Positions 63,408 to 64,000 of a stretch of DNA of 64,000 bases are shown piece by piece. The position numbers and the translations under genes were made by a program. Numbering within the stretch: the first letter of the stretch is position 1; every line of letters starts with the position of its first letter. The DNA lies in NCBI RefSeq assembly GCF_036321535.1, contig NC_087472.1, positions 91,018,001-91,082,000 of the forward strand, read 5' to 3'. A model generated the notes under the pieces. The model was given only the letters and a program-made list of their open reading frames with translations, was not told where the DNA came from and ran no database searches. This DNA comes from Camelus dromedarius (taxonomy: Eukaryota).

Positions 63408-63905
63408 CCTCCAAGCAGTGTTAGGACCCCCAAACTGCTCAGCAGGAAACAGGCTGTGGAAGTTGAACAATCCCCAAGAAATGCCCACTGCAGATGTGGC
63501 TGTAATAATCAATAGAAATTAAAATTCCAGAGGGCAAAGACTAAAGCCATAGAGGAAAACAGACAAGGGGTTCCTTTAAGAGAGCAGAGCTAAAGATTGT
63601 CAGATGAGCCAACTAAGAAATTTAATCCAGTGATAGGACAATGAGTTTCTGCATTTCCAAGCCTGTTGGACTCTAATCGCCATGAACTGATGACTACTGA
63701 GTGGTTCCGCTTCTCCCTTCCTAGTATCAATGTTTCTGTTCTTGTCATCTTGCTCCTACTCCACTATGATGTTGTGGCTGGGGTACATCACTTGTCTTTT
63801 TTTTTTTTTTTTTTTTTAGATTTCAGAATCACAAGAAGACACAGCTGAACCTGACATAGGAGATCACACATCACTCAGAGATCCTGGACTTGAAGACGTA
63901 TGCAG

Positions 63906-64000
63906 TGTAAGGGAGGAAAAATAATTTTCCCTTTCTACCCTTCTAGGTTCTTGGCTGAACACTCCGCTCCCTGTAATAAAAAATAGATTAAGAGGAGAAA
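63906..64000 (-). mobile_element. MER34-like LTR, cut by the window edge
   Basis: TGTAAGGGAGGAAAAATAATTTTCCC...CTTCTAGGTTCTTGGCTGA, as at 42478 and 62845. Confidence 0.8.

Larger units (their letters stand above)
60963..63900 (+). mobile_element. MLT1 LTR start and MaLR internal remnant hosting MER2, the TRPT1 retrocopy and an LTR
   Basis: TGTGGCAGAGTGC...CAATATCC start; CAGAAGCCTATT...GCCAAAGAAAGCC and CAGAGATCCTGGACTTGA are MLT-int motifs. Confidence 0.55.

Noticed and set aside
62845..64000. Two MER34-like LTRs 500 bp apart as a mini-provirus
   Set aside because: The spacer looks like older MaLR internal sequence with no PBS or PPT at the junctions.

Overview
Mammalian genomic DNA, almost certainly from a camelid (camel/alpaca/llama), judged from six copies of the tRNA-derived Vic-1-type SINE. 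The window is AT-rich, CpG-depleted and dominated by transposable elements: L1, L2, MIR, MaLR/ERVL/ERV1 LTRs, and hAT and Tigger DNA transposons. It looks intergenic or deep intronic. I can support no intact protein-coding gene; the ORF track is almost entirely repeat-derived or chance. The one recognisable cellular gene sequence is a decayed, intronless TRPT1 (tRNA 2'-phosphotransferase 1) retrocopy on the minus strand at about 61.9-62.7 kb. Other notable structures: (1) two poly(A)-tailed, TSD-flanked insertions of unidentified non-repeat RNA at 28.8-29.2 kb and 30.7-30.8 kb; (2) an ancient ERVL provirus remnant (LTR, tRNA-Leu-like PBS, gag) split by three younger LTR insertions with 4-bp TSDs, whose gag can be re-joined across the junctions (43.3-46.4 kb); (3) a 4.65-kb non-coding ERV1-like provirus with a tRNA-Arg-like PBS and a PPT but two unrelated LTRs, carrying a perfect 32-bp tandem repeat (48.8-53.4 kb). 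Repeat family names come from my recall of consensus sequences, not a database search, and the boundaries of old elements are approximate. I did not find convincing evidence of a novel biological system.
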